NCBI RefSeq assembly: GCF_964355755.1 | Contig: NC_092678.1 | Span: forward strand, 8,386,422-8,450,421 | Reading direction: 5' to 3' | DNA: 64,000 nucleotides | Origin: Antedon mediterranea | Taxonomy: Eukaryota > Animalia > Echinodermata | Shown: positions 53,435 to 64,000 of the stretch, piece by piece | How the letters are laid out: every line of letters starts with the position of its first letter | Position numbering within the stretch: the first letter of the stretch is position 1 | Translations under genes and position numbers: made by a program | The notes under the pieces: model-generated | What the model was told of the DNA's origin: nothing | Database searches by the model: none | Seen by the model: the letters and a program-made list of their open reading frames with translations, nothing else

Positions 53435-53730
53435 TCAATCAAAGTCTTCCATCTCATTTAACAAAATCACCTATGTCGGCAAAGCCAACTAACTGTCCTG
53501 TACGGCTATTGTAAACAAGTTTGGATTTTATCTATTTTTTCCAGAAGAATTGAAACATTTCTTTCATGTGGTTGCATATTTTGCAATTTGTTGTCAACCA
53601 AGATTCTTTCTATTAAATTTTCATGTAGACCAGGAGTTGGTGTACTAAAATGTGTATATTTTTGCAATGTCTTTGCATGTGGAAGTTTCAATAAGCCGCT
53701 ATTAGGTCATAACCGGATGTGGATTAACCA
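53435..53730 (-). pseudogene. P-element/THAP9-like transposase fragment
   Basis: TSGYDL/SGLLKLPHAKTLQKYTHFSTPTPG..RNVSILL/KLVYNSRTGQLVGFADIGD with frameshifts. Confidence 0.75.
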
Positions 53731-54339
53731 AACATATTATTACTGTATTTTATAAGGGCCTAGGCTATTACAATGATTTTTGACCAATTGCTTGGCAATG
53801 GTACTACTTGGTACTTACTTGGTGGTTGTCCTCTTGAATACTCCACAAGGAAGCCTGAAAAAGAAGCCTTGCGGGGAATGGCTTATTTTTTTTTTCTTTG
53901 CTGTACTATTTATTCTGTATCAACAGTATATATATTTCTTTTACAGCAATAAAAGTGTAATTTGAATAATCGTAATGAACAGAAAACGTGGTATTTGATA
54001 CAAAATGGGTTATGTAACGAGCCAAAGCTCTTAAACACATTACCCTTTCTAATTCGCAAAAACAATAAAAGTAAAAATATCAAATAAAAATTAATATTTA
54101 TTTTTTTAAATTTCTTCTGTAATTTTTTGCAGACAACACATGCAATGTTTTCCCCTATTCTGAAACTATAGTATTATCCACAACTGCTGACATAACAGTA
54201 AAACTGCTTGGGCACTTGTACGACTACCTATAGTTATTTATGTATTCCTGTGTATATCTTCTTATTCTGTCTGCTAAAGTTATCGTAGCACAACAGGTTT
54301 CTCTATGGGATAGGATTAAAATTATTTATTAGTCTAATG

Positions 54340-55420
54340 TTTAAAACCGCTTTAATCTCTGTATCTTTCGACACTGAATTCTATAACTTAAATTATTCAG
54401 GTTATTCAGCATTTGTTGTTTTGCTGATAGTTTTTTATACATTGTTTAAGAAATGTTTGTCCGTTGCTGAAACATTTAGTTGGATTTTTTTGTCTAACCT
54501 GTCATTAATGAGTAGAGCACCTTGCATTTGCCTGTTGAATATATCAAGCTTTGTAATTGCCAAAATTGTGTCGCAACCCTTCATCTGAAGGAAAACAAAT
54601 TATATTTTGTTACATTCTATTACATTTTTTGCAATTTTGAGGCTTATTTTCAATTTTTTTTCAAGCAGATTATGTATTCTTAAAAGTAATTTTACCTTCA
54701 AGTATAGTTCCCCAACTTCAAATCTGAGCATATCATCAGCGCATGATTCATTGGACTCCACAGATGCTGGTAACTGGACAAAAGCAAGAAAAAAAAAACC
54801 CATTTTATACACAATCATTATTATTGGTGGATTGAACTTTGCTTATGTAGGGTAAACATTGCAATAGTCTTAGATCAAGACTTAACTCTTTGATCTATTG
54901 TTTAATAGATATTATTACATAATATGTAAGCAATTATGTCGTGGTTGCCTAATTATTTTTGCAGTAAAATAATTATTTAAGTTACAAACATATTAACAGG
55001 ATATTGAAACTGTAAAACACCATTTATTTTTATCAGGAAATTCCAATATTGTAAAACACCACAATAATAAGAAAAAAGTGCATAATTATTATTAATCCTA
55101 ATTTTCTGAATTACAGAAAAATTGAAAACAATCCAATTTTAATGACAAAAAATAAATACCTGTTGCATCCATTTTCTATTTCTACATCTGTTATAGAAAT
55201 CTTTGGCATTCACCGCCTTCAGTATTCACAACTAAAGAATGTGTGAACTTATCCACTTCTTTCACTTGTAATGATGTTCCGTGTACTATAACTTTGTCCT
55301 CGGATGTCAAAGTTTGTAAAAGAGAAAGCATTGTGTGTATATACTAAAAAAATAAAACATTAAAATAACTATAACACCATACTTGGTCCTTTCTTCTTCA
55401 TCCGTAAGGTAGTTTATCTA
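54340..55420 (-). pseudogene. Decayed multi-exon gene fragment of unknown family
   Basis: Small GT-AG exons, e.g. LPASVESNESCADDMLRFEVGELYLK|MKGCDTILAITKL.., with stops downstream. Confidence 0.35.
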
Positions 55421-56109
55421 TAAACAAAATATTAAGTTTACTGGTTAAAACTTGAACAGTATTTAAACTTCTTAACTTGTTTCCAAATTCAATGTGCAAT
55501 GCCATTCCAATTTCTTGGTGGGTTGTTGTTGAAGATATTTAAGTATTTGCTGCCTGCTCTGGGCCAACTTTATTTGAAAACACAATGGGTGTGATTCAAT
55601 TCAGTTTTCATTACATTTACATCAAATACTGTACATACAATTAATAATTATAATTTAAATATAATAATTGGTCTAATAAGAAAATAATATTGGTACAGAA
55701 TAAGGGTTTATATCTAATTAAATTATCTAAAAAAAGATTTTGTGAACTGTGCGTACACAAAAAGACTTTTGCTGATCATACTGTATCGTGATGCAGTAAA
55801 ATGATGCAGCAATGATGTGAAATTGTCTAGTATAAATACAAAAATGTCTTGTTTTTAATTTATCCCCCATTCCTGCCCATCATGCATTGTGCAAGATAGA
55901 CGATTATATTGATGTGATTCTTTTTTTGAAATATTGAAAGGTTATGATTGGATGTTTTGTGGATGTATGTATATTTTTGGTATGGTTTTTGATGAATTGA
56001 GGATAATGCTCACAAGTGATAACACTTAATAATTAATATCATAATTGATAGTTAATATAATTTTTCTGTCCCAAATTTTTAGAGTATACAATGTGTACAT
56101 TTTTTTTTA

Positions 56110-57430
56110 TACCTTTCTCTTTTTTTTGTGGATACATTGGACTGTTCTGCAACATTTGAAGTTGACGCTTTTGTTGTAACTTCATCCTCAGTTGGAAGAG
56201 GTGCAGCATTATCCCGGGTTGCCACAGTGCAAAACTCCATTATTTTTCATAGAGGTACTGTACCACTGTCTTGCTGATGTCATACCTGGTGATGGAATTA
56301 TTTCGCATTCTCCAATGGGAAGCTGATTGGGGTTCTTTAACAGCTGAAAGTGTTTCTCCTCTTGGTTAATATACTCTTTAGTGTAAATGACGCCTGGTTC
56401 ATCCTTGCTGAATCTGTAATTATCATTTGATTTTGTTTAATAAACTGGAAGGTGTATTTAAACAAACTGAATGAAAGAAGAAAGTTAGCTTTAATAATTT
56501 TATAATTGCCTCATGTGGTGACTTGATGCCTGGCAACGGACAGAAGTACTTTCACAGAAAGACAGACAGAACTTCTTGCCAGTTCAATGTTGGTACATTC
56601 ACTCTACCATCTTCCCATCCAACTACTCTTGCAATGTTAGTGCTTTGTTTGGATTAGTTTTCCCATCACATTAACAATGTCATTAAGACTTCTATCCTGT
56701 TGTTTGAAAACAACATCCGGCTACTATGAAGTATAGCCTAATGGAGTCGTATTGACCTGTAATACATCTCCACACAAGATACCGCAACATGTATTTGTTT
56801 TTGTTTAGCCCTGAACAGTTCAATGAAACATCCCTTTTGTGTAGGCTTTGAGTTGTGAAAAAGTAATCCAAATATGAAATAGCAGAGTTAGATCCCTTAG
56901 AAACGCTATTGCAATGATAATTGATATTTGAAAACAAAAGTTAAGTATGCTGACAATGCTCAAGTTCTCCTTTATCAAGAGCGTGCAGAAGAGGGTAAAT
57001 TTCAAGATCAGTTGTGAGGTTTCGTTTGTTTGTATGTTCTTTCTCAATTCGTATAACTGTACCGCTATACCACCTACTCTCTCTCCTTGTCCACCTTAAA
57101 TAAGTGATCAATTCTTTTACCAACAACTAAATTAGGATTTTGTATAAAGTCATTAAAGTTTTTCTTTTTTAAAATTGGGTTTGCTTTTGCTAACAGACAT
57201 TGTTAATTATTGTTGTAAAAAAACCTCAAACTCATCTTACCAATGTATGAAGATAAATCCTTGCTTACATAATTTAATGTTATCAATTTTGTAAGTTATA
57301 CAGGTCTTCTTTCAGTCTAATTCAGTCTTTGTTCCTCTGTGGATATTGACACTTATTTGACAAATTAGAAACATTTTTCTCTCTATTGTGTCCATCTCCA
57401 TTATCTGTGCATGATGATTTAGGATGATAG
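56110..57430 (-). pseudogene. Sola1-like transposase remnant (N-terminal piece duplicated at ~59495-59760)
   Basis: KGSNSAISYLDYFF..NCSGLNKNKYMLRYLVWRCITG..LYFIVAG; VVGWEDGRVNVPTLNWQ; FSKDEPGVIYTKE; N-terminal YKIDNIKLCKQGFIFIH; frameshifts and deletions. Confidence 0.75.
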
Positions 57431-57589
57431 ATCATGCGACAAGTTAACTTCTAGTGAGGTTGTCAACTTGTTGCAGTTTTCATCCCAGAAAGCCTCTAAT
57501 AACAATGCTGTTTGACCATACTTGTTCTGAATGTCCTGAGCACTTACCTCAATAAGATATTGACAAATGATCCTTATTTGGGATCTCAA

Positions 57590-58540
57590 TATGAATGTTA
57601 AGATCACCACATATAATTACATCAGATGGTAGTAGCATAACCTCTGTCAATAACATCTGAAAATTATTGAAAAAGTCTGAATGAGAAAAACCAGGAGGAC
57701 GGTAAATGTTGCGAATCAGACTTGACAGTTACATGAATGGCCTCGAATGAATTGAAAACTGGAGACATCTCATTCCTTTTACAATGAAAAGAGGATCGAT
57801 GCAAAACGCCAACTCCGCCCCCTTCTCTTTCTAAGTGACCTTGCATTCAAAACACAAAATTCAACTAAGGATCTATTATTAACTATAGGCCTAATATTAA
57901 CACCAGCCGGCCAAGCATATATCATTTGGAGACAGTGTAGAATTGAAAACAGTTGTGGAATTACGTTGTTTAACAACATGTTTACCACCACGACAGCCTC
58001 TCCTTCGCTTATTTCTATGAATACCATTCACCTTCAAACTTTCAAACACGGAAGAATCTGGGCGAACATAATTATACTGTAGACTAAGAAACTTCTTACA
58101 GTAAAAAAAATGATTGTTTTCCAATAAGAAAATCAGCCACCGATTTGTATACTAGTCCCTTTATAGAAAAGAAGGCCATAATCAGATTCAATCAGTCAGT
58201 GAAGTGAAGTAAAATAAGACACCAACCACAGCTAGGCCTAGGCCAGTCAATTCAATCAAATCACAACCAGTCAACTGTACCACCACCAAGGGTGAGACAA
58301 GGTAGTGAAGCAGGTAAACCAAGCAACACAAACAATAGATACTGGGCCTAGCTAACAGCACAGATTTTTTTATATCAAGTTTTAAGAAAAATAGTTAATT
58401 TACAAAAGAATGAATTAAAAAAATATTCCACAAGGTGAAGGAAATGATATATATCAACTCCAGTGGAAAATAAATGCATAAAAAGGAAAATAAACACTGT
58501 ACAAGGCCACAGCTAATACAGCGCCAGATACCATGTTGGG
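57590..58540 (-). mobile_element. CR1/L2-group LINE 5' fragment with AP-endonuclease start
   Basis: RRRGCRGG, FCVLNARSL, REGGGVGVL, NSFEAI, VIICGDLNIH motifs with frameshifts and deletions. Confidence 0.75.
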
Positions 58541-58777
58541 CTTCTCTCGTTGGTATTTAAATGCATGGATATGGGAAAATTTCTCAAATTTTTGTCATTG
58601 CGTCACTATTAACATAACTAATTAATGTTAAACCTCTCATATGGGACCATTGTTGGACCAAAAAGAAAAAGTATGGCATTTCTATGGAGTATGATCTTTT
58701 TCACTGAAACCGCACTATGTTTAGTTCTTTAGTTCTAAAAGGTGTTACTGTTTATATAATTATATTTAAATAATGAA

Positions 58778-59440
58778 CTAGGAACTAGCTTCACAGACAT
58801 TGAATGAGTAGTGCCTACGTACAATGTTTTCAACAATTTCTAAGTTCTGTGTTGTCTCTACGGTGTCCAATCCCTCTGCGGTATCCTGTGTGTTTACATC
58901 ACCGGTCGCTGCCGCTGCGATAGTTAAGTCGAAGTTACTTGGTTCGGAGGCCGGTATTGGTTCGGTGGCCGGTACTTCAATGTGACGCGGTTCCAGGTCG
59001 CTGTCCGATGAACTTGGATCTTCGTTCTTGGGTCCAATAAGAGAAGATAATGTACAGTAATATCGCGTGGTCGAGTGAAAAAAAAGTTGGGTTTGAAAGT
59101 TTACATGGCCCGTAATGTAATCATTTTTTTTGCGATCACCTTCCTTTGCCATTGTTATCTCAAAAACCTCCGCAATTTGCAAGCCTTGTTTGGCGTTGTT
59201 CTCCATCTCATTAATAATGTCATTAAGACTGCTAACCAAGCTTCTTTGTTTAAAAACATCAAATTTAGCTTTTCTGTTCTTTGGTTGCATTTTGCGATTG
59301 GTACACTTTGCTTCTGGCAGCCTGACAGATCCAGCCCAAATCTGACTTTGGTTTTGTGATAGGATATGCGCGATAAACCTTTTCCATATTTTTAGGAAGG
59401 TTGTGCAATTCTCAAACCGACAGCCTGTATGATCTGTAAA
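58778..59440 (-). pseudogene. Unassigned open frame, probably a chimeric fragment
   Basis: 230-aa ORF from track; basic N-terminal part joined to an acidic low-complexity part; no family recognised. Confidence 0.25.
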
Positions 59441-59789
59441 ACATTGAAAGTTAATAAACGAAACTTTCAATCAAATGATGTTGTTATTAATAAAAACATT
59501 GTTAAATATTTATTTAAAAAAACCTCACACTCATCTTACCAATGTATCCATGAAGATAAATCCTTGCTTACATAATGTAATGTTATCAATTTTGTAAGTT
59601 ATACAGCTCTTCTTTCAGTCTAAAATCAGTCTTTGTTCCTCTGTGGATATTGACACTTATTTGACCAATAGAAGCATTTTTCTCTCTATCGTGTCCATAT
59701 CTCTATATTATCTGTGCACGATGATTTAGAATGATAGACCATGCGAAAAGTTAACTTCTAGTTGTTGCAGTTTTCATCCCAGAAAGCCT

Positions 59790-61640
59790 CAATGTCCTGA
59801 ACATTTACCTCAATAAGATATTGACAAATGATCCTTATTTGGGATCTCAATATGATTGAATGAACAAAGATTAACAAGATATTGTTTGAGAGATCTCTTT
59901 TAATTTTGCTAAAGTGGTTTAATGTGTTCCATATAATTATGGACTTTTTGGTTGGTCAGGGCAATCTATTTGTTGGCTTGTTTAACAATCGCCAACTTGA
60001 CTGAACGGTTCCACCCCTTTACTCTATACTCCAATGGCAAAGTCCAGTTTTAACTTCTGGCGAAGGCCACAATGAAATTATAAAAGTAAACATTATGTTG
60101 TCACTGAGTGTGAGGTTGTCAACTTGTTGCAGTTCTTGTCCAGCAAGAGAACGGTTTGGTGTTGCTGGATTCTCTTTTAAGTAATCGAAAAAACTTGACA
60201 CTTGGGTTTCGACCATTCAGTGATAATTTGAAGGGACAGTTTATCTTTCTTAAAAGAGATGTTTTGATGCATACAGTATATAGTTATACATTATTTTGCG
60301 TGTTAACATTTGCTCATGATTGTAGTAATGCTCTACAAGTACTGGTACCATTGCAGAAAGCAGCTAATAACAATGCTGTATTGCCATACTTGTTCTGAAT
60401 GTCCTAAGCATTTAACTCAATAAGATATTGACAAATGATCCTTATTTGGGATCTCAATATGATTGAATGAACAAAGATTAACAAGGTATTGTTTGAGATC
60501 CATTTTCTTCTTCTTCTGCGATATTGATATTTTCTTCTTCTTCTGCGAAATTGATATTTTCTTCTTCTTCTGCGATATTGATATTTTCTTCATTCGGTCT
60601 CACTTCTTCTAATTCCTCTATTCTTCTGTTAAGATGATAATTCTGATTTTCTAAATACGATACACCAATGGCAACTTCTGGCGAAGGCCACAATGAAATT
60701 AATAAAAGTAAGCATCATGTTGTCACTGAGTGTGAGATTGTCAACTTGTTGCAGTTTTCATCCCAGAAAGCCTCTAATAACAATGCTGTATTACCATACT
60801 TGTTCTGAATGTCCTAAGCATTTACCTCAATAAGTTATTGACAAATGATCCTTATTGGGAATCTCAATATGATTGAATGAACAAAGATTAATAAGGTATT
60901 GTTTGAGATCCATTGTAATTTTGCTAAAGTGGTTTAATGTGTTCCATATAATTATGGACTTTTTGGTTGGTCAGGGCAATCTATTTGTTGGCTTGATTAA
61001 CAATCGCCAACTTGACTGAACGGTTCCACCCTTTTACTCTATACTCCAATGGCAAAGTCCAGTTTTAACTTCTGGCGAAGGCCACAATGAAATTAATAAA
61101 AGTAAGCATCATGTTGTCACTGAGTGTGAGGTTGTCAACTTTTTGCAGTTTTCATCCCAGAAAGCCTCTAATAACAATGCTGTATTACCATACTTGTTCT
61201 GGATATCCTAAACATTTACCTCAATATTAAGATATTGACAAATGATCCTTTAAGGAGTGCTTTTTGAAGGTCTAAATTAATTGTCCGGTACTCTTTGACC
61301 TCTTTTTGGCATTCGGCTAGTTTCTGGTTTACGGTATCGATTTCTGTTCAGTTTATCTTTCTTAAAAGAGATGTTTTGATGCATATAGTATATAGTTATA
61401 CATTATTTCACGTGTTAACGTTTGCTCATGATTGTAGTAATGCTCTACAAGTACTGGTACCATTGCAGAAAGCAGCTAATAACAATGCTGTATCACCATA
61501 CTTGTTCTGAATGTCCTAAGCATTTACCTCAATAAGATATTGACAAATGATCCTTATTTGGAATCTCAATATGATTGAATGAACAAAGATTAACAAGATA
61601 TTGTTTGAGAGATCCATTGTAATTTTGCTAAAGTGGTTTA
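59790..61640 (-). pseudogene. Multiply duplicated, decayed ankyrin-repeat exon fragments
   Basis: ICQYLIEVNA*DIQNKYG(N/D)TALLLAAFCNGTSTCRALLQS*ANVNT at ~60295-60450 and ~61405-61560; partial copies at ~57500, 59790, 60780, 61170. Confidence 0.7.
60503..60592. repeat. 27-bp tandem repeat encoding EEEENINIA on the minus strand
   Basis: Three visible units. Confidence 0.8.
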
Positions 61641-61768
61641 ATGGCATTTATCAGAGAGTTCAGTTCGGACTTCTTCAGTTTTTTTACTAAACTGTTGATG
61701 GCAAAGTTTACGAACCTTCCTGGTCCTCCTTGGCTATGGCAAATTAGATCGTGAACTACAGCATCCAT
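61628..61768 (-). pseudogene. SMAD4-like MH1 N-terminal fragment
   Basis: MDAVVHDLICHSQGGPGRFVNFAINSLVKKLKKSELNSLINAI resembles SMAD4 [43 protein letters not shown]; truncated by a junction with a repeat block. Confidence 0.7.
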
Positions 61769-62361
61769 TGACTATTTCTCTCACAATGTACCTGTAGTTT
61801 AAACATAATTGTAAATAATGTGGTACGACAAGCAGAAATATCATTTTATCATAATTTCAAAAAGTGGAGTTTGATAACTGGATGTCCATGGTATAAATAT
61901 AATTCCTGTACAATAAACAAAATCAATTTTTCTTCTTATTATTATATTGTTTTACTTAGCTAAGATACTGTACTGGAAATCGGAAGTTCTTGTGGCCACT
62001 GGGAATACTCTACATTGTGTGATTCATTTTGATGTAGATTTCAAAGGTGTCTGGAGAGTGAGTGAATCAGTCATTTTGAAGGCAGTTGCACATTTTCTTT
62101 GCTTGTCATTAGGTGTGGTTATGTCCCCAGGATTTTCTTAACATAGTGTTCTTGTTGACTTTTTCACTACTACACTTAAACAAACGAATTTGCATCTTCA
62201 AAATGCGCAACAATAAAACATTTCTGTTCTGTTCACTTATACCTGCTAGATAGTCTAGGCTCCAGGTGGCAACAAAGTTGGTTTAACTTTTTAATTTCTT
62301 TTTGAAAAAAAAACATGCATGGTGTATGTTTATATTAAGTTATATAAAAAAAACTACATAC

Positions 62362-63124
62362 CAATCGGAACAACATCCCTAAGGAGTGCTTTTTGAAGGT
62401 CTAAATTAATTGTCCGGTACTCTTTGACCTCTTTTTGGCATTCGGCTAGTTTCTGGTTTACGTTATCGATTTCTGTTTTATGTTTTTGCATTTCTGACGG
62501 TATTTCTCTGCCAGTTAAGACACTTTTAAATATTCTTCTTGTGATACATATTTACTTGTTGAAACAACAGTACAGAGAGGATTTTCCCTCTTTTTTTTTT
62601 TTTTTTGATTTCTCTTCTAGTACTGTGCTCAGAGCAGTCTTCTCAGCAGCAGCAATACTTGATTTTTTTTGATTTCTTTAATTGCAAGAATAACAAGAAC
62701 TATATTAGAAAATGTGTGTTTTGTAATTATAGGATACATAACAAAAGGTGTACCGTAGTGCAAAGGTTGCATTAAACAAATATCCTTTATCCATGAATTT
62801 ATTTTTGATCAGTAATCATGTAAATATGCACCACTGTTTTAACTATTAACATAATTTAAACCAACATTTTTATGTTGTAAAAGTTATAAATTTTGAACAC
62901 TTGAAAATAAATGAAAAAGTTAACATTGTTTTTGTTAACTCAATTAGTAAAAATTAATTTAACCAAAATTAAATCAATAGAAATATAAATATAATTACTT
63001 ACTCTTTCCTTTTTTGCTGATTGTATTAAATCCTCGTCACTTGTTTCATCCACACTTGTGTCAAGGATTTTGGAAACCTTTACTCTTGATTGACTGATAA
63101 GCACATCTAGATTTTCCCAGGTAT
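62362..63124 (-). pseudogene. Fragment of a BEN-domain-protein-like (BEND5-like N-terminal/coiled-coil) gene
   Basis: Exon 63124-63003 (TWENLDVLISQSRVKVSKILDTS) and exon ending ~62362 (QKEVKEYRTINLDLQKALL|gtatgt); BEN domain itself not seen. Confidence 0.4.
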
Positions 63125-63570
63125 CTATTAAAGCAAAATTATACTGTTAAGATACTTTTGATGGTCCGTTATTTACCATTAAAACTATGGTGCATTGAAA
63201 CTCCCAAAGCAGTATGTTAATTTATGTAGCAACATAAAAGGTAATCACTATATAATATTAAAAATAAAATAATTTTGAAAATGATTTAAATATAGATAAG
63301 ACAACTTTATTTGTCCACTAGTGGAAATTACAGTATGATGGCGAGGCCAAGTGCTTCAGACCCTTAACTGGCAATATCTCATGAAGGTGTGGTATACCAA
63401 ACCAAACTTGGTTGCTTTCAAGTTTTTTGTAACACTTCTTTTGTGATAATCTTTTGGTGGTTTACTTCCAACTACAATACACACTCTGAAACCGTTTGGT
63501 AATGCATGTTCTCCCGACACCATATGCGAAACAGACTCTATATGAAACAACTGCTTAAATATTGCAGAAG

Positions 63571-63668
63571 CAGGCTGCATTTAAACTTGTTCATTTAGCA
63601 TTGTTAAATTTGTGTGATGGCGCATAATACTTTTTGGTACCACCACCAATATTTTCAGTAGCACTCAT
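63571..63668 (+). mobile_element. Decayed end of a hAT5-family element
   Basis: Similar to 37535-37632 (CAGGCTGCA...TGATGG...CACCACCAAT...AGTAGCAC). Confidence 0.5.
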
Positions 63669-64000
63669 TGTTTAAAATAGTATTAATGTTCAGGGATTGA
63701 AGAACTACTACTACAGTATGCCATTAGGCCTGTTTCTATACAGGTCAACCCAAAAAGTAAAATAATTAATTCCATTGGGTTCAAGATTAAGGAAAATTTA
63801 TAAAAGAAGAAATTAAAAATAAAAAATCCAAGAAAGAATGGTTTAAAATGTTTAAAATTTATGGTTTAAAAGAAAATGTTAAAAAATACAAATTCAAGAA
63901 AAGAAAAGCATTGACATGTTTTTGGCTTAAAATCGTCTTTTGCATTGGGGCAACAGATATACAGAATCTTCCCTAACCTTCACTTAAAAACATTTGTATA

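Noticed and set aside
58778-59470. Missing terminal exon of Artemis
   Set aside because: Wrong strand and no Artemis-tail similarity

Overview
AT-rich, intron- and transposon-rich eukaryotic DNA (animal, probably a marine invertebrate; the taxon cannot be fixed from sequence alone). Two divergently oriented host genes were reconstructed by hand from splice sites. (1) A minus-strand SLC23A-family nucleobase/ascorbate transporter, N-terminal exons only, running off the left edge, with two candidate first coding exons. (2) A plus-strand Artemis/DCLRE1C gene with 12 coding exons (27163-50115, 382 codons, all MBL/beta-CASP catalytic motifs intact); no long C-terminal exon is visible. The introns hold many DNA transposons with readable TIRs/TSDs: Kolobok-like, an internally deleted Academ with an open 7-exon ORF, hAT-like elements with 5-, 6- and 7-bp TSDs, and MULE, Tc1/pogo and Harbinger-type MITEs. 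They also hold a Penelope fragment with inverted pLTRs and hammerhead motifs, LINE remnants, tRNA-derived SINEs and minisatellites. The last ~12 kb is a scrambled mosaic of decayed fragments (Gypsy protease, P transposase, Sola1 transposase, LINE endonuclease, ankyrin repeats, SMAD4-like MH1, BEN-protein-like), all on the minus strand. All protein assignments come from recalled motifs, not database searches.
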